64,000 nt of DNA from Mobula hypostoma (Eukaryota). Position 1 is the stretch's first letter. Each line of letters begins with the position of its first letter. The notes beneath the pieces were generated by a model, which ran no database searches, was not told the DNA's origin, and saw only the letters and a program-made list of their open reading frames with translations. Positions 12,702-26,385 of the stretch are shown here, one piece after another. The stretch covers positions 21,888,001 through 21,952,000 of the forward strand of contig NC_086118.1 of assembly GCF_963921235.1 (NCBI RefSeq), read 5' to 3'. The position numbers were made by a program, and so were the translations under genes.

Positions 12702-13816
12702 AGACCATAAGACCATAAGACAAAGGAGCAGAAGTAGGCCATTCGGCCCATCGGGTCTGCTCCGCCATTTTATCATGAGCTGATCCATTTTCTCCTATTT
12801 AGTCCCACTCCCCTGCCTTCTCACCATAACCTTTGATGCTACTCAGATACCTATCAATCTCTGCCTTAAATACACCCAATGACTTGGCCTCCACTGCTGC
12901 CCGTGGCAACAAATTCCATAGATTCACCACCCTCTGACTAAAAAAATTTCTTCGCATTTCTGTTCTGAAAGGGCACCCTTCAATCCTTAAGTCATGCCCT
13001 CTTGTACTAGGCTCCCCCATCATGGGAAACAACTTTGCCACATCCACTCTGTCCATGCCTTTTAACATTCGAAATGTTTCTATGAGGTCTTCCCTCATTC
13101 TTCTAAACTCCAAGGAATACAGTCCAAGAGCGGACAAACGTTCCTCATATGTTAACCCTCTCATTCCTGGAATCATTCTAGTGGATCTTCTCTGTACCCT
13201 CTCCAACGTCAGCACATCCTTTCTTAAATAAGGAGACCAAAACTGCCCACAGTACTCCAAGTGAGGTCTCACCAGCGCCTTATAGAGCCTCAACATCACA
13301 TCCCTGCTCCTATACTCTATTCCTCTAGAAATGAATGCCAACATTGCATTCGCCTTCTTCACTACTGACTCAACCTGGAGGTTAACTTTAAGGGTATCCT
13401 GTACGAGGACTCCCAAGTCCCGTTGCATCTCAGAACTTTGAATTCTTTCCCCATTTAAATAATAGTCTGCCCGTTTATTTTTTCTGCCAAAGTGCATAAC
13501 CATACACTTTCCAACATTGTACTTCATTTGCCACTTCTCTGCCCATTCTTCCAATCTATCCAAGTCTCTCTGCAGACTCTCCGTTTCCTCAGCACTACTG
13601 GCCCCTCCACCTATCTTCGTATCGTCAGCAAACTTAGCCACAAAGCCATCTATTCCATAATCCAAATCATTGATGTACAATGTTAAAAGAAGCGGCCCCA
13701 ACACTGACCCCTGTGGAACACCACTGGTAACTGGCAGCCAACCAGAATAGGATCCCTTTATTCCCACTCTCCATTTCCTGCCAATCAGCCAACGCTCTAT
13801 CCACGTATGTAACTTT
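12702..13816 (-). mobile_element. Young 5'-truncated CR1 LINE
   Basis: (tcttatgg)n tail at 12702-12720 and a long uninterrupted RT frame. Confidence 0.92.
12799..13767 (-). pseudogene. CR1 ORF2 reverse transcriptase, C-terminal part (322 aa)
   Basis: SGVPQGSVLGP, KFADDTK, LVRPHLEYC and RRNFFSQRVV motifs; no endonuclease or N-terminal RT domains. Confidence 0.9.
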
Positions 13817-14149
13817 CAGTACTATCATCAACTTCCTCTTCCTTGTCAGTAAATATGGTTATTTAATAATTGACAATCAAAATCTTGAGGCACTCTACTA
13901 GCCACTTTTTAACAGTCTGAAAATAACTCTTTTATTCTGAGTCATCTGTATGATAACAAGTCTTCAATTATGTTAATCATCACTGATACCATGGGCTCTT
14001 TTGCAACAGTTTTATGACTTACCTTATCAAATGCCTCCTGGAAATCTAAAATGGACTACCTGTACATCTACAGGTTCCCTTCCATCAACCCTGTCCTTCT
14101 ATCAGGGAACTGTATCAAACATGATTTGCCTTTCACAAATCCATGTATC

Positions 14150-15050
14150 TAAGGTGATGATGAATGACCACACAGGTGGGAAGATTGAAAAGTTGGCTGA
14201 GTGGTATCATAACAGCAACCTCTCACTCCTCAGCAAGACCGAGGAACTGATTACAGACTTCAGGAGAGGGAAACCAGAGGCCTAAGCCAGAAATCATCAG
14301 AGGATCAGAGTTGGAGAGAATCAGTAACTTTAAAGTCCCGAGTGTTACTATATCAGAAGATGTGTTCTGGACCCATTTTATAATATAATTGCAAAGAAAG
14401 CTCAACAGCGTTTCTACTTCCTCAGGAGTCTGCAGACATTTAGCATAACATCAAAAACTTCTATAGATGTGTGGTGGAGAGTATATTGACTGCTTGCATC
14501 ACAGCCTGGCATTTGAGCACTAATGTCTTTGAATGGAAAATCCTACAAAAGGTAGTGGATTCAGCCCAGTACATCATGGGTAAAGCCCTCCCAACCACTG
14601 AGCACATCTACATGAAACATTGCTGTAGGAAAGCAGCATCCATCATCAAAGATCCTCACCACCCAGGCAATGTTCGTTTTCTCGCTGCCGCCATCAGGTT
14701 GAAGGCACAAGAGCCCCAGGACTCATCACACCAGGTTCAAGAACAGTTACTAATCCTCATCCATCAAGCTCCTGAACAAAATGAGATAACTACACTCACC
14801 TGCCCATCTATTGAGATGTTCTCACAACCAGTGATCTGCTTGTGGGAACATCACTTAAGGACTCTTTATTTAGTTATTTCTTGCTCTCGTTATTTATTGC
14901 TATTTATTTATATTTGCAGTTGCACAGTTTGTTTTCTTCTATGCTCTAACTGATCTTTCATTGATCCTGTTCCAGTTACTATTCTCTAGATTTGCTGAGT
15001 AAGCCTGCAGGAAAATGAATCTCAGGGTTGTATGTGGTGACATATATTGA
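14150..15050 (+). mobile_element. Rex1/Babar LINE, 5'-truncated
   Basis: KTEELITDFRR and VESILTACITAW...IIKDPHHPG in ORFs 14001-14285 and 14471-14953, followed by a 3' UTR. Confidence 0.85.
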
Positions 15051-16464
15051 AGTCTCAAACTTCAGTGTTAATGTGGGTAAATGCTGGCAGTTTGTAACAG
15101 AATGCCTTTGCCTCTGCCAACAAATCCCAGGTCAAAAACATAATTTCAAATTAAATTCACTCAGCTTTAGAAAAAGAGAAGAATAAAACATTGATTTCTG
15201 ATTGGCTGCTTGCACTACGGGGTGGTACATATAAGTAAGCCCTATTTCAGGATATTGTCAGCCCGAGTAACTTAATTTTCCGTTGATTAATTCATCTGTT
15301 TGGAAAATCATGGGTTGAAAACCTGAGACATCTCAGCAAATGTTTCCTTTCCCCAGGAAAATCTGTTTGGAAATTAGCCTGTAAATTTAAAGGGACAATT
15401 TGAGGGATTTGGACTAAAATACAGTACAAGAGTTAAAGACTGAGGAGTGATACAGATAGTATGAAGTGAGTGATCTGTCTTGTGTTAGTTGCTGCACTGT
15501 TTGTTATAATGGTAACGTGGCTGTCATGGACCATCAGGCTGTTTATAAGCTCCTCTGGTAATTTGAATGTGCCTTTCAGATTTTGTAGACCTTGTTCCAG
15601 CCTTTACTTGTTGTGCTTCAGATTTTTTAACATCTTTATCCTCCCCTTTCTCAGAAAGAGAAACAGCATTCAGCAGGCTGGGAATTATACAATGCCTGAA
15701 CACATAACGCAGCATTGGGAGGGAGCCTCTGTCACTTATGTGTGACTACCCTGGACAGACTAAATCAGATAAGTTGAAGAAATCAGCTATTAAGGAATGG
15801 GTCCTGCAGCCTCTGAGCTTACAAAGGCCTTTCCTTCACCATCTCGCCCAGTCCAAAGCCAAAGGAGGAAAACAACTGAGCTTCATGTCAGCTTGGGGGG
15901 GGGGGGTGGATGAAGGGTCCGCCAAGTGGATTGAAGTAGGGCATTGACAGAGAGATGAACAGTAGTAAGGCTGTGTGTCTTGAAGACAGATCAAATTTTG
16001 GTGTTGTGCTAAGAGGTTTGGGTGGCGTGGTGTGGTAGCAGTGCTGAATTAGATTGCTGAATGGGTTCAGGGTCTAGAACAGAGGGAGAGATTGGCTGGG
16101 AAGACCACTGTGGTGGGAGTGTTGGCTGGGGACTTTAATGCTGATGGAGTTGCTGGTTGTGAACTGAGAAAATCAGAAAGGAACTGATCAGATTCCTCAG
16201 CAGGCCAGATAAGCTTGCAATTCATTAGACTACTGTCAAAACAACCCTCTTCAATTACATTCTGCTTCAGTGTGTCTGGCTGCACAGAAGTATTGACATT
16301 ATACATGTCTGGCATCTTCTGTCTACATGTATGTTGTAAATACGGTGCACCTTTGACATACTTTCCGATTTGCATTAGCTATACACAAGTATCATGACTG
16401 TTTTTTGATAAAGTTGAAATGCATAATCCACAATATCATTGAAGAATTTGATAGGATAATTAGA

Positions 16465-16652
16465 GTAACAAACAATCTGCTGGAGAATCTCCATAGGCCA
16501 GGCAGCATTTGTGGGAGCAAAGGATTGATTCACGGTTTTGATCTGAAATGTTGACAATTCATTTCCTCCCACAGATGCTGTCCGAACCATTGAATTCTTC
16601 CAGCAGATTGTTTGTGGGTCCAAAATTCAACATCTGTAGTCTCTTATGTTTC
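16465..16652. mobile_element. Degraded Penelope-derived short palindrome
   Basis: Arms aacaatctgctgga / tccagcagattgtt followed by a family-type tail. Confidence 0.6.
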
Positions 16653-16874
16653 CAGAACAATTGGGGTTGGGGCTGGGGTTATCTTATCCAGTGTTTTGAT
16701 ATAGCAATTACTTCTCCCACTTCTGAGCATAATCATTGTCTTTTTAATACAGCCATTATTTATCTTACTTTTTACATATATTCCCCCCACCCCTCCTGTT
16801 TTTTTTCCCTTCAGCATTATGATGCATTGTTATTCCTGTTGTTTAGACATTTCCATCCTCCTTCACAGCCATTA

Positions 16875-16888
16875 CCTGTAGGTGGCGC
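16875..16888 (+). promoter_or_regulatory. Candidate CTCF motif
   Basis: CCTGTAGGTGGCGC, one mismatch to the core CCRSYAGRKGGCRS, in apparently unique sequence. Confidence 0.35.
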
Positions 16889-18039
16889 AATTGCTCCATG
16901 TGGCATTCAGTGCTCTTCCCAGTGTAGTCAGCTCTCGGCCAACACTGCAGGATTAGCTTGGGTTTAAGATGACAGCTGTCTTGTAACACCACCAGATTTT
17001 TTTTTCTAGCTACCAGAGCTGCTCTGTCATTAAGTTACCTTTTATGATCGTTGCAACCGTACTTACAGCATCAGCAAGGTTAAAGTCTGCTTTTCTTTGT
17101 AACTTTGAAAGCCAAAAAAAGAAAATAAGAAAACTGGATCTACATTGCTTGAAAACACAAATAATCTGCTATATCTGAATCCCTTCTTGGCTCCAGGATT
17201 ATAAGCAGTGCGGAGATCTTTGGAGAAAAACTAATTATTTTTCAGGCAAGCCCCCACCCTCCCATCCCCCATCCACTCCGTCTTCTTGGCATCTGACCCC
17301 GTTTGTTGTACCTTGCAGCATGTTGCATTGTGCGTCTATTATTGCCAGCTACCACACAACTGCGCAAGAGAACATAACAGGCATAATGGTAGTGATTAGC
17401 AGTGGTAATGAAAGAGCTAAATTCCAAAGATGTAAACCGTATCAAAGTGCATATCAGGTTTGAATTTAATCCAGTCTCAAGGCTTAGCTGACTTAGTAAT
17501 TGGCTTTACTCTTCGAGTTGATGAAACATCTGTTTCTTGCCCTGTTCTCTAAAAGGATCCTGAAGTCTTGAGTACCCTAACATTAATTTGGCTGCATATG
17601 TGTTCAATTCACAATTGTAAGTAGTTAGAACTTAAATAAAGTGAGGAATGGAGAACCCCGAGACTGGGCCAATAAAGAAGTAGCCAAGGGTGGGGGGGGG
17701 GTTGAGTTAACATTCTAATGGTTTGTAACAACCTTGAATTAAAGCCTCGACACTGAACGTAGAATGTTGGAAAAACTCATTGGGTCAAGCAGCATTCGTG
17801 GATGCAAGACCTTTTGCCTCTGCAGTCCTCATGCCTTCAGACTGACTATGTATACTCTTATTATAGCACATGTTGGAAGTGATCGTTATTTTTCTGGTTA
17901 CAGAAAAACAGTATACAAAACCAAATGTAAGGTATCAAAGCCTGTGCCCATTTGAGGAACTGGCCCACAGCTACACAGTGCAAAAGAATCATCCCACCTT
18001 GTGGTAGCTTTCTGATGCTACATTAATGCCACTTGATTA

Positions 18040-18960
18040 GTATATTTTGTAGATGGTAATAAAGTGGCCAGATTAAGAGGGGAGTCAGACAGGGTTGTGT
18101 TCTCTCATCTGACCTATTCAACCTTTATAGCAAGAAGATTCTAAGAGAAATTAGCAATATTTTTGGCATGATAATTGGTGAAATTTGATGATTTGAATAA
18201 CCTATGACATGCAGAAAACAGTGCTGATAGCTACTTCTAAATAGAAGCTCCAAGAAATACTAGATAAAGTCATCAAAGAAAGCACAAAGAGATGATTGAC
18301 CATCAACTCCAAGAGCACGAATGTATGGTTATCAGAAAGAAAAAAGAAATACAAAAATGCAAACTGAAAGTGGGCAATGAAGTTCAATTACTCAGGGAGC
18401 ACGATAACATCTGACGGTGGGGTTAATAATAAAAATAGAAAGAGGATCAGGATTGATGAATATCCGAGCATTTGAGCGAGATGTTAACGAATAACACAAT
18501 TTCTATGGGTACGAAACACAGAGTGTTGGGGTGCTACGTTCATTCCCCACTAATATATGGAAGCAAATGTTGGACAATATCAAAGCAAAATGAAGGAAGA
18601 CACGAAGCTGCAGAAATGTGTTTTTTGAGAAGAATGATGGAAAAATCGTGGAAGGACAGAGTAACAAATGAGGATGTGTTGTGAAAAGCCAGAATTAGAA
18701 GAGAGCTGATATCAACCAGGAAAAGGCAGCTGGAATTTCTGGGACATGTACTGAGAAAAGAGAAGCTCAGACATTTCGCTGTGAAGGGGAAAAACTGATG
18801 AAAGAAAAAGCCACAGTCGACAGTGCATTGTATTTGTGAGTTGCATCAAGGGTTGGACAGGCAAAATGTTTGAAAAGTTTGTTAGAACCTCAGATTAAAG
18901 GCAGATGGAAGACCATGATTGCCCACATCTTCCGACATATCACATGATGATGATGATGAA
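18040..18960 (+). mobile_element. RTE-clade LINE, 5'-truncated and degraded
   Basis: IKRGVRQGCVLSSDLFNLY at 18072; YGSKCWTI..EAAEMCFLRRM..SWKDRVTNEDVL in ORF 18472-18684; (atg)n tail at 18944-18958. Confidence 0.85.
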
Positions 18961-19119
18961 TCGAGTGGACAGGTGCTGAATGGAGCAGAGAAGGAGTGTG
19001 TAGAACACTTGAGACCACACTCATCTGTTCATAGATCCACCATTATGGATATTGTTCTGTTTTTTGTTTTGGCTTTAACATGAGTTTTTCTTTTCAGAGA
19101 TCTGAAGCAGTCTGTCGGA

Positions 19120-19260
19120 AATACAAAATACCAGCTGGAGGAACTCAGCTGGTCAGGCAGCATCTGTGGAGAAAAATGGACTGTCAACATTTTGGGTTGA
19201 GATCTGGATTGAAAAATAGATTTTGATCCATATTCCAGCATCTAAAGTCTCTTGTGTCTC
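19120..19260. mobile_element. Penelope-derived remnant (inverted arm plus tail)
   Basis: gctggaggaactcagctggtcaggcagcatct arm joined to a ttccagcatct...tctcttgtgt tail. Confidence 0.6.
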
Positions 19261-21279
19261 CTGAGTCAGAAGTAAAATTGCTTCCAACTGGATCTGGCTG
19301 ACAGTAAGTGAATGCAGAAGGTGTGACATACATTATTGGTAGGAGACCTTGAAGGTTCAGACACAAATTACCCTGGACATAGAATTGGCAAGTGACCACT
19401 AGTGCCAGGTAGACTGTTAATTGGAGGTTTCCAGTAACTTCCACTGTCACTAGAGTCAAATCTACAATTTCTAAGAAAGAAGGATTAGTTGCAGTTTTAG
19501 TAATTCTGGAGACAAGCACAGGGCACTCCCAGTGTCAACTAGAACTGGATGTTTTTTTGATAGCTGAACTCTCCCTCATGTGGTGATTCTTTATGAGTGG
19601 GGACACCTTGCACAGTGAATAGAAACAACACATTGAACTGATATCTGAAATCACCTCCTACACAGCGGGTGGCACTTGCTTTATTCAAAAGCATTTATAT
19701 GGTTAAGTGACGGGTGAGAAGTATCAGGTTTCCACAAGACCCAGAGAGTAATGTCAAGAACAAAGGCATCCAAACCTAATGAGACAATAAATAAACCGGG
19801 AGCGACAACACCCCAACAATTTTTATTTTTATGATGTGTATTTATGATACAATAAATCGCTGAAGTGTCATTAATGTCCTGGTTGCAATCTATAGAAGTA
19901 AATGCTATTTTGTTTAGGAAAATTGGTCTGATTTACTGCTTTAGGAATAGCAGACAAGTCTAGAGGTGAGGGACGGGGTGGGATTTTCAAACTCATAGCG
20001 TCCTTTCAAGTACAAACTCTATATTTTGAGTATAAAATGGCAGAGGCTGTGGTGTGGATATGGTTCCACTTTAATGATGCAGTTGTTTTATGTGGTTGTA
20101 ATATTCTAACAGGTGGTTTTAGATCTAACAAAAACTGAAATGGTTCAGACACATTGATGCCTCCAGTGCTGATTTATGTAAGCATTCTAAGAACTTGCGC
20201 CATTTGGTGAAACATCGGGTAGTCGCCCAGTGAACATTAAGCACTCTGGTGGATATGAAAACCAGTGTGTTGGGGCTGTGTTATGGGCCAAAGGCTGAGA
20301 CCTTCATTGAAAATCCTGGAGACTGGGGTTATTATAAAACTTTTCACTAGGTGTAAAGTTCCTTCAAAATAGAAAATCCATTCCTCTAATGGGCGAGGAG
20401 TGACTTACTCAGAAAACATTAGATGCCCCCGGACCTTCTGCAGCATAATGTAAGGTTGTTGATATCACCCTCCTCAAAAGGTTATTGACTCAGGTCCTGC
20501 TGCAGTGACTTAAGCATGCAATGCAGGAAACTGGTGAGGGAATAATGCTCTGTCAGGGGAGGTGGTAAACTGAGTACCTTTCAGATCGTGTAAAAACTTC
20601 CATCAAATCCCATAAGTTTATCCCTCTCCATTTTTAGAACTCTGCAAGCATTGATATCCCGTCAAAATCTCTGGATTTATCTTTTTCTACATCCTGGTTA
20701 AGTCTGCTCCACAATTAACGACTAAACTTTCGTTCCGCAGACCACAATCAACATTATTCTCTCCTTGGACCTCTCTGCTTCTACACCTCACTCACTTAGC
20801 AATTGATTTCTTTTTGTTTAAAAAAATGAATAAAATTAGAAAATGCTGGAAACTCTCAGTGTGTTAGATAGTATCTGTGGAAAGAGAAAAGTGATTCTGG
20901 TCAAAGACCTTTCATTAGAATTGGGAAAGAGAGAAAACAGGTTGAGTAAAGGAATATATAAGCTATTAAATCAAGGTTTCAAAAGGCAAGAACAGAAGTG
21001 AAGTAATGTAAAAGTTGTGAAATGCAGAGGTGTGAGGTATATCCAGCAGGTCAGACTATGCTAATCTTGCTTTGTATTTGAACTGATTGGTTTACCTGCA
21101 TTGCACACGACCAGGATGTTAGGCTATACTAATCTTGCTTTCTCTGCTTCTCTCTGAATTGGCTAGTCCTCCTGTGTAATTGATTTAGTTTTTCTCTCTC
21201 CATTGGCACAGACTGAACTATAGACATGTACGACAGCCCTGCTCTGTTCTCTTTCTCCAACTGCCCTCATTAACCCATT

Positions 21280-21400
21280 ACAAAACTCAAAACCCTGGAG
21301 GAATTCAGTGGGTCAGGCACCATCTATGGAAAGAAATGGACAACCCTCTGGAGTTTTATATGATGCTCCAGAATCCAGCAACGGAGGTCTCTTGTATTTT
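21280..21400. mobile_element. Penelope-derived remnant with TSD-like flanks
   Basis: Arm ctggaggaattcagtgggtcaggcaccatct plus tail; attaacc occurs on both sides. Confidence 0.5.
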
Positions 21401-21590
21401 ATTAACCTGTTGACTGGATGTTGTTAATTTACACATCATCCCCATGCAATCATGGGCTCACCTTATCTGAGATATTCTCAATGTTTTATCCATCTCTTCC
21501 CTCCTCGTCACCCCTGGCAATCACTGTTTCCTCTCCTTCTTAATTTAAAATGAGGGGCTTTGATCAGAAATTATAATTCAGTTTCTTTTA

Positions 21591-22360
21591 AGACCAAAGA
21601 CCATAAAATATAGGAGCAGAATTAGGACATTCAGCCCATCAAGTCTGCACTGCCATTGAAACATGGATAATTTATTTTCCTTCTCAACTTCATTCTCCTG
21701 CCATCTCCCTGTCACCTTTGATGCCCTTACTAATCAAGAATCTATCAAACTCTGCTTTAAATATATCCAGTGACTTGGCCTCCACAGTCTCTGTGACAAT
21801 ATATTTCTCAGCTTCACCACTCTCTGGCTAAAGAAATTCATCCTTACCTCTCTTCTAAAGGAATGACCTTCTATTCTAAGGCTGTACCTTCTGGTCCTTG
21901 ACTCTCCCACTACTGGAAACATCCTCTCCAGGTCCACTCACTCAATCTGGACCTTTCAGTATTTGGTAGGTTTCAATGAGATTCCCACCCCCACCCCCAA
22001 TCCTTCTAAACTCCAGTGAGCGCAGGCTGTGAGCCATCAAATGCTCCCCATAGGTAACCCTTACATAGCTTACATAGTTGCGATCACTCTCGTAAACCTC
22101 CTCAGGTCCCTCTCCAATGTCGGCATATCCGTTCCTAGGTATGGGGCCCAAAACAGTTCACAATACTCTAAATGTCATCTGACCAACACCTTATAAAGCC
22201 TCAGCGTTACATCCTTGCTCTTACAGTATACAGTATACTCTTACAGTATAGTCCTCTTAAAATGAATGCTAACATTATATTTGCAACTCAACATGCTAGT
22301 TAAACTTTAGGGAGTCCTGCACTAGCACCCTTTTGCTCTTCTGATTTCAGAATCATTTTC
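21591..22360 (-). mobile_element. CR1 LINE 3' fragment
   Basis: ORFs 21734-21937 and 21942-22151 (SLEFRR, NFFSQRVV) and a CR1-type tail at 21591. Confidence 0.88.
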
Positions 22361-23284
22361 CACACATACTTTCTTATCTGCTAAATGCTTCCAGCATTTT
22401 TGTGTCTTTAGTTCAGACTTCCAGGATTTGCAGTTTTTTTTTGATTTTCTATAAAGCAACATTTTGTTGACGATCCCAAAATCTATCTGTATAGTTCAAT
22501 GTCAAATACAGTTGCTTCATTTCCTGTTCTTACAGGCACTATATAAATGCAAGTTGATTTTGCTTAGAAATATAAAGTGTGGTGTTTTCTTTATAAAACG
22601 TGGAATGATGGTAGATCTTTGTTGTAATTTAAGCTTCAGCTTAAATAAAATACTTGAAAGAAGGAGCTTGGAAAATTGCATAAGCAGATGTTGAACATAA
22701 GCAAAGCTGAGAAGCTTGGAGTAAAGTTTACTGTGTGTTAAAAATAGATTAACATTAAAGGTTGTTCACTGTAGCATTTTTTTTCTGGCAATTAATTGTG
22801 TTTTATCAGCATCCAGTGGGTACTAACAGTTTTATGTCATTGAGGTCAAGGCAAAATTTATGTGTATGAAGTTCTTGGCCAAAAGAAAAATCTTTCTTTT
22901 CTGAAGAGGTTCAGTGAAAAATGACCTGTGTTCTGCATTGGGAGTGAGACTTGAATAAAGCCATAGTGTATGCAATGGCACAGAACTGTAGCTACAAAGG
23001 GTAACAGTCAAGTGAAAGAAGTGGTGCTCATTTCACGGTTTTATCTGGCCTGTTCCAGTTATTTGAAGCCATTTTAATAAAACTATCCTATCTTCCCAGA
23101 CCAAGAAACATTTTAAAAATACTAAGAATGCAACAATGTGGTCGGACATGACTGTAGTCCAATTGAACTCATAACTAAATTGAAAGATCTGGCAATGGAA
23201 GTGAGGAGGAAGATTACATGCCTTGGATTGGTTTAAGAATACGATTTGTAAGACAGGCAAGTAGTCCAATTCAAAAAAAGGTAT

Positions 23285-23645
23285 AGTTTAGCTACTGGGC
23301 TAATAACTAGAGTTTTGGACCATTATTCCAAAAACCTATGTTTGAATCCCACCATGGCAACATAAGATTTTAAATTAAAATAATTAAACATAATTGTAGC
23401 TTTTTTTAAAGAACTTGTCTCATTTAGAAAAAAACATGAAGCTGTACTGAAATGTAAAAAAAAGCTGCTGGTTCACAAGTGTTCTTCAGAGAAGGAAATC
23501 CATTGGTGTTCTGGTCTACTTGTGATCCTAAATTCATCAGTGTGATTGACTCTTAACTCTGCTCCCAGTTCAGAGGCACTGAGAGATAGACAATAGATGT
23601 TGTCATTGCCAGTGGTGACAACATTCTGTGAATAAACAAAATAAA
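23285..23645 (+). mobile_element. Degraded tRNA-headed SINE
   Basis: B-box-like gtttgaatcccaccatggca; similar to the minus-strand copy at 26875-27570. Confidence 0.5.
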
Positions 23646-24289
23646 GTTCCTAAAAGCGGGCACAGGCACGTGGCACTGTATGATTGAGATCGTCAAAGCA
23701 TAAAATGAAGCTGTATTCTCAGACAATCCTTTTGACAGAGTGGTTTAATTATTTCTGCTTTAAAAGGTAGAGCCAGTGATATTGGATTAGACTGGATGAG
23801 GAACATGTCCAGATTTTGTCATTCGTTTGAGGATCTAAACTTGTACAGGAAATTATAATCAAAACTAGTACTGATAACAATAAGGTTTAGTGTTGAAAAA
23901 ATTTGTAGCTTTTATTATTCAAATAATTTTCATGTTGATTATAGAATCTCATTTCCTTGAATGTATGAAAGGACCTTGGTTGAGATGACTGCATGAAGGA
24001 AGTTATAGGAACCAATGAGACGATGATTATGCCTCTATTCATTTCAACAAGTCCTTAATCACCTAGGAAAAGTCATTATTTTCTCATTTTGATAGGCTTG
24101 TCAAAACATCATGTTGAACATTTGAGCCATAGGACAATATTTATACATTTTAAAACTGCAGGGGATCTTTTTCATCATTTTATTCCCCTCACCAGGATTT
24201 CTGTTTATTGGAAGAAAGGAGGAGGTTGCATTAATGCAGGCCATTCACATCAATAAAACATCAAACAGTTCACAACAAAGGAAATTAAG

Positions 24290-24560
24290 AACTGTTATAG
24301 TGGAGGAAATCCAGCTGCAAATTTTCCCACAGCAAGTCCCTTAAAATACGTATATGTTCATGTTCAAATAACCTGTTTTTGTGATGTTGACTGAAGAATT
24401 ATATTGAAGACTGCACTGAGGAGAGCGTCCATGCTCTGCGAGTATTGGACAATGGACCTCTTGATAGCACACCCAAGCAGAAGCTGAGAGCAAGTACCTA
24501 CATTTGTTAATAATGTGAAAAGAAATAGAATCCAGTCGGACTTTTCTCTCCAACAAGTTA
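24290..24560 (-). mobile_element. Degraded Deu-domain-like SINE
   Basis: ggaaatccagctgcaaattttcccacagcaag...ctgtttttgtgatgttgactga resembles the recalled DeuSINE core. Confidence 0.45.
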
Positions 24561-24675
24561 TTTGTAATTGAATGTAAACAGCTGATGATTAGTTTCACCA
24601 ACACCGTTGAAATGTTTTAGAGTACAAATTTCCAGGCCAGCACTGGGAGTTTGCATTATTACTTGGGCAATAATG

Positions 24676-26385
24676 TAGATTAGATTAGATTCAACTTTAT
24701 TGTCACTGTACCGAGTACAGATACAAAGCCAATGAAATGCAGTAGCATCTAACCAGAAATGCAAAGAATAGTGTTATTTACAAAATAACTGCGAATAAAA
24801 AGTAAGTGCTACAGCACACAAATATAAAAGTACTGAGACAGTGCAATATGGATGCAATACTGCTTAGTGCTGTGATGAGAGGTTCAGCAGGGTCACAGCC
24901 TCAGGGAAGAAGCTCTTCCTGTGCCTGCTGGTGCAGGAGCGGTGGCTTCTGTGGCACCTACCGGATGGGATGAGAGTAAAAAGTCCATGGTTAAGGTGAG
25001 ATGCATCCTTGATAATGCTTTTCGCCCTGCCCAGGCAGCATTTATGGTAGATGTTCTCAATGGTGGACAATTGGGTGCCGATAATCCGCTGGGCAGTTTT
25101 CACCACACGCTGGAGTGCTTTGCGGTCCGATACGGGACAATTGCCATACCACACTGAGATGCAGTTGGTGAGTATGCTCTCAATGGTACAGCGGTAAAAG
25201 TTCAGTATCCTGGGACAGAGGTGAGCTTTCTTGATGCTCTGCAGGAAATAAAGGCGCTGCTGCACCTTTTTGATCAGGATGGAGGAGTTCAGGGACCAGA
25301 TGAGATCCTCGGAAATGTGGACACCAAGGAATTTGAAGCTTGATGCATGCTCCAGTACAGCTCTGTTGATGTAGATGGGGATGTGAGTGTGGCTCCTAGC
25401 ATGCCTGAAGTCAACAATGATCTCCTTGGTCTTCTGGGTGTTGAGGGCCAGGTTGTTGTCGGCACACCACGCGGCCAGGTGCTGGACCTTGTCCCTGTAG
25501 GCCGTCTCGTCATCCCCTCTGATCAGGCCAACCACCTTGGTGTCGTCTGCAAACTTGATTATGAAGTTAGAACCATATACAGGAACGCAGTCATAGGTGA
25601 AAAGGGAGTACAGAAGAGGGCTCAGCACACAGCCTTGAGGCACGCCAGTGTTCAGGGTGAGAGTGGAGGAGGAGAGGTTATCTAACAACTGATTGGCGTC
25701 TGTTAGTCAGAAAGTCCAAGGTCCAATTGCAGAGGGATGAGCTGATACCAAGCTGGCGAAGTTTGGCGATCAGCTTGGAGGGGATCACAGTATTGAATGC
25801 CGAACTAAACTCAATGAACAGCATTCTGACGTAAGAGTTGGGGCTGTCCAGGTGGGTCAGGGCAGAGAGAAGTGCTGTGGAGATAGTGTCCTCTGTTGAT
25901 CTGTTGGTGCGATAGGCAAATTGATGGAGGTCCAGGGTAGTGGGCAGACAGGATTTCAGATGTGATAGAATCAGTCTCTCAAAGCACTTTGCAATGATGG
26001 GGGTGAGTGCAACTGGGCGGAAGTCATTCAGGCCCATGGCAGTGGAATGCTTCGGCACTGGCACAATGGTGGCGATCTTGAAGCTTGTGGGGACAACTGC
26101 CTGGGCCAGGGACAGATTAAAAATGTCCGTGGAGACCCCGGCCAACTGCCCTGCACAGACTCTGAACACACGGCCAGGTATTCCATCCGGACCAGCTGCC
26201 TTCTGTACATTCACCCTGCTCAGGGTGGCACAAATATCAGAGGTGGAAAGTGAGAGAGGCAGTTCACCAGGTGGGAGATCCGCTTTGAGGGTGACCTCCT
26301 TGTTCTCTCAGTCAAAATGAGCTTAGAAGTAATTGAGCTCATCAGGGAGGGAAGCAGAGCTGGAAGGGGGCACAGTACTAGGTGT
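24676..26385 (-). mobile_element. Rex1/Babar LINE, 5'-truncated
   Basis: (aatct)n tail at 24676-24691 and a near-complete RT in two frames. Confidence 0.92.
24864..26214 (-). pseudogene. Rex1/Babar reverse transcriptase, frameshifted near 25680
   Basis: KAAGPDGI, NDFRPVALT, QFAYR, FSSAFNT, GVPQGCVLSP and KFADDT motifs across ORFs 25678-26214 and 24864-25688. Confidence 0.9.

Larger units (their letters stand above)
11335..14150 (-). mobile_element. Old degraded CR1 LINE, interrupted by younger insertions at ~11692-12288 and 12702-13816
   Basis: CR1-like 3' end at 11335 and RT-like remnants at 12330-12690 and 13820-14150 (cttatcaaatgcctcctggaaatctaaa, DF-KAFD-like on minus). Confidence 0.5.

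Noticed and set aside
22218..22250. ctcttacagtata duplicated within a CR1
   Set aside because: Small local slippage duplication with no further significance
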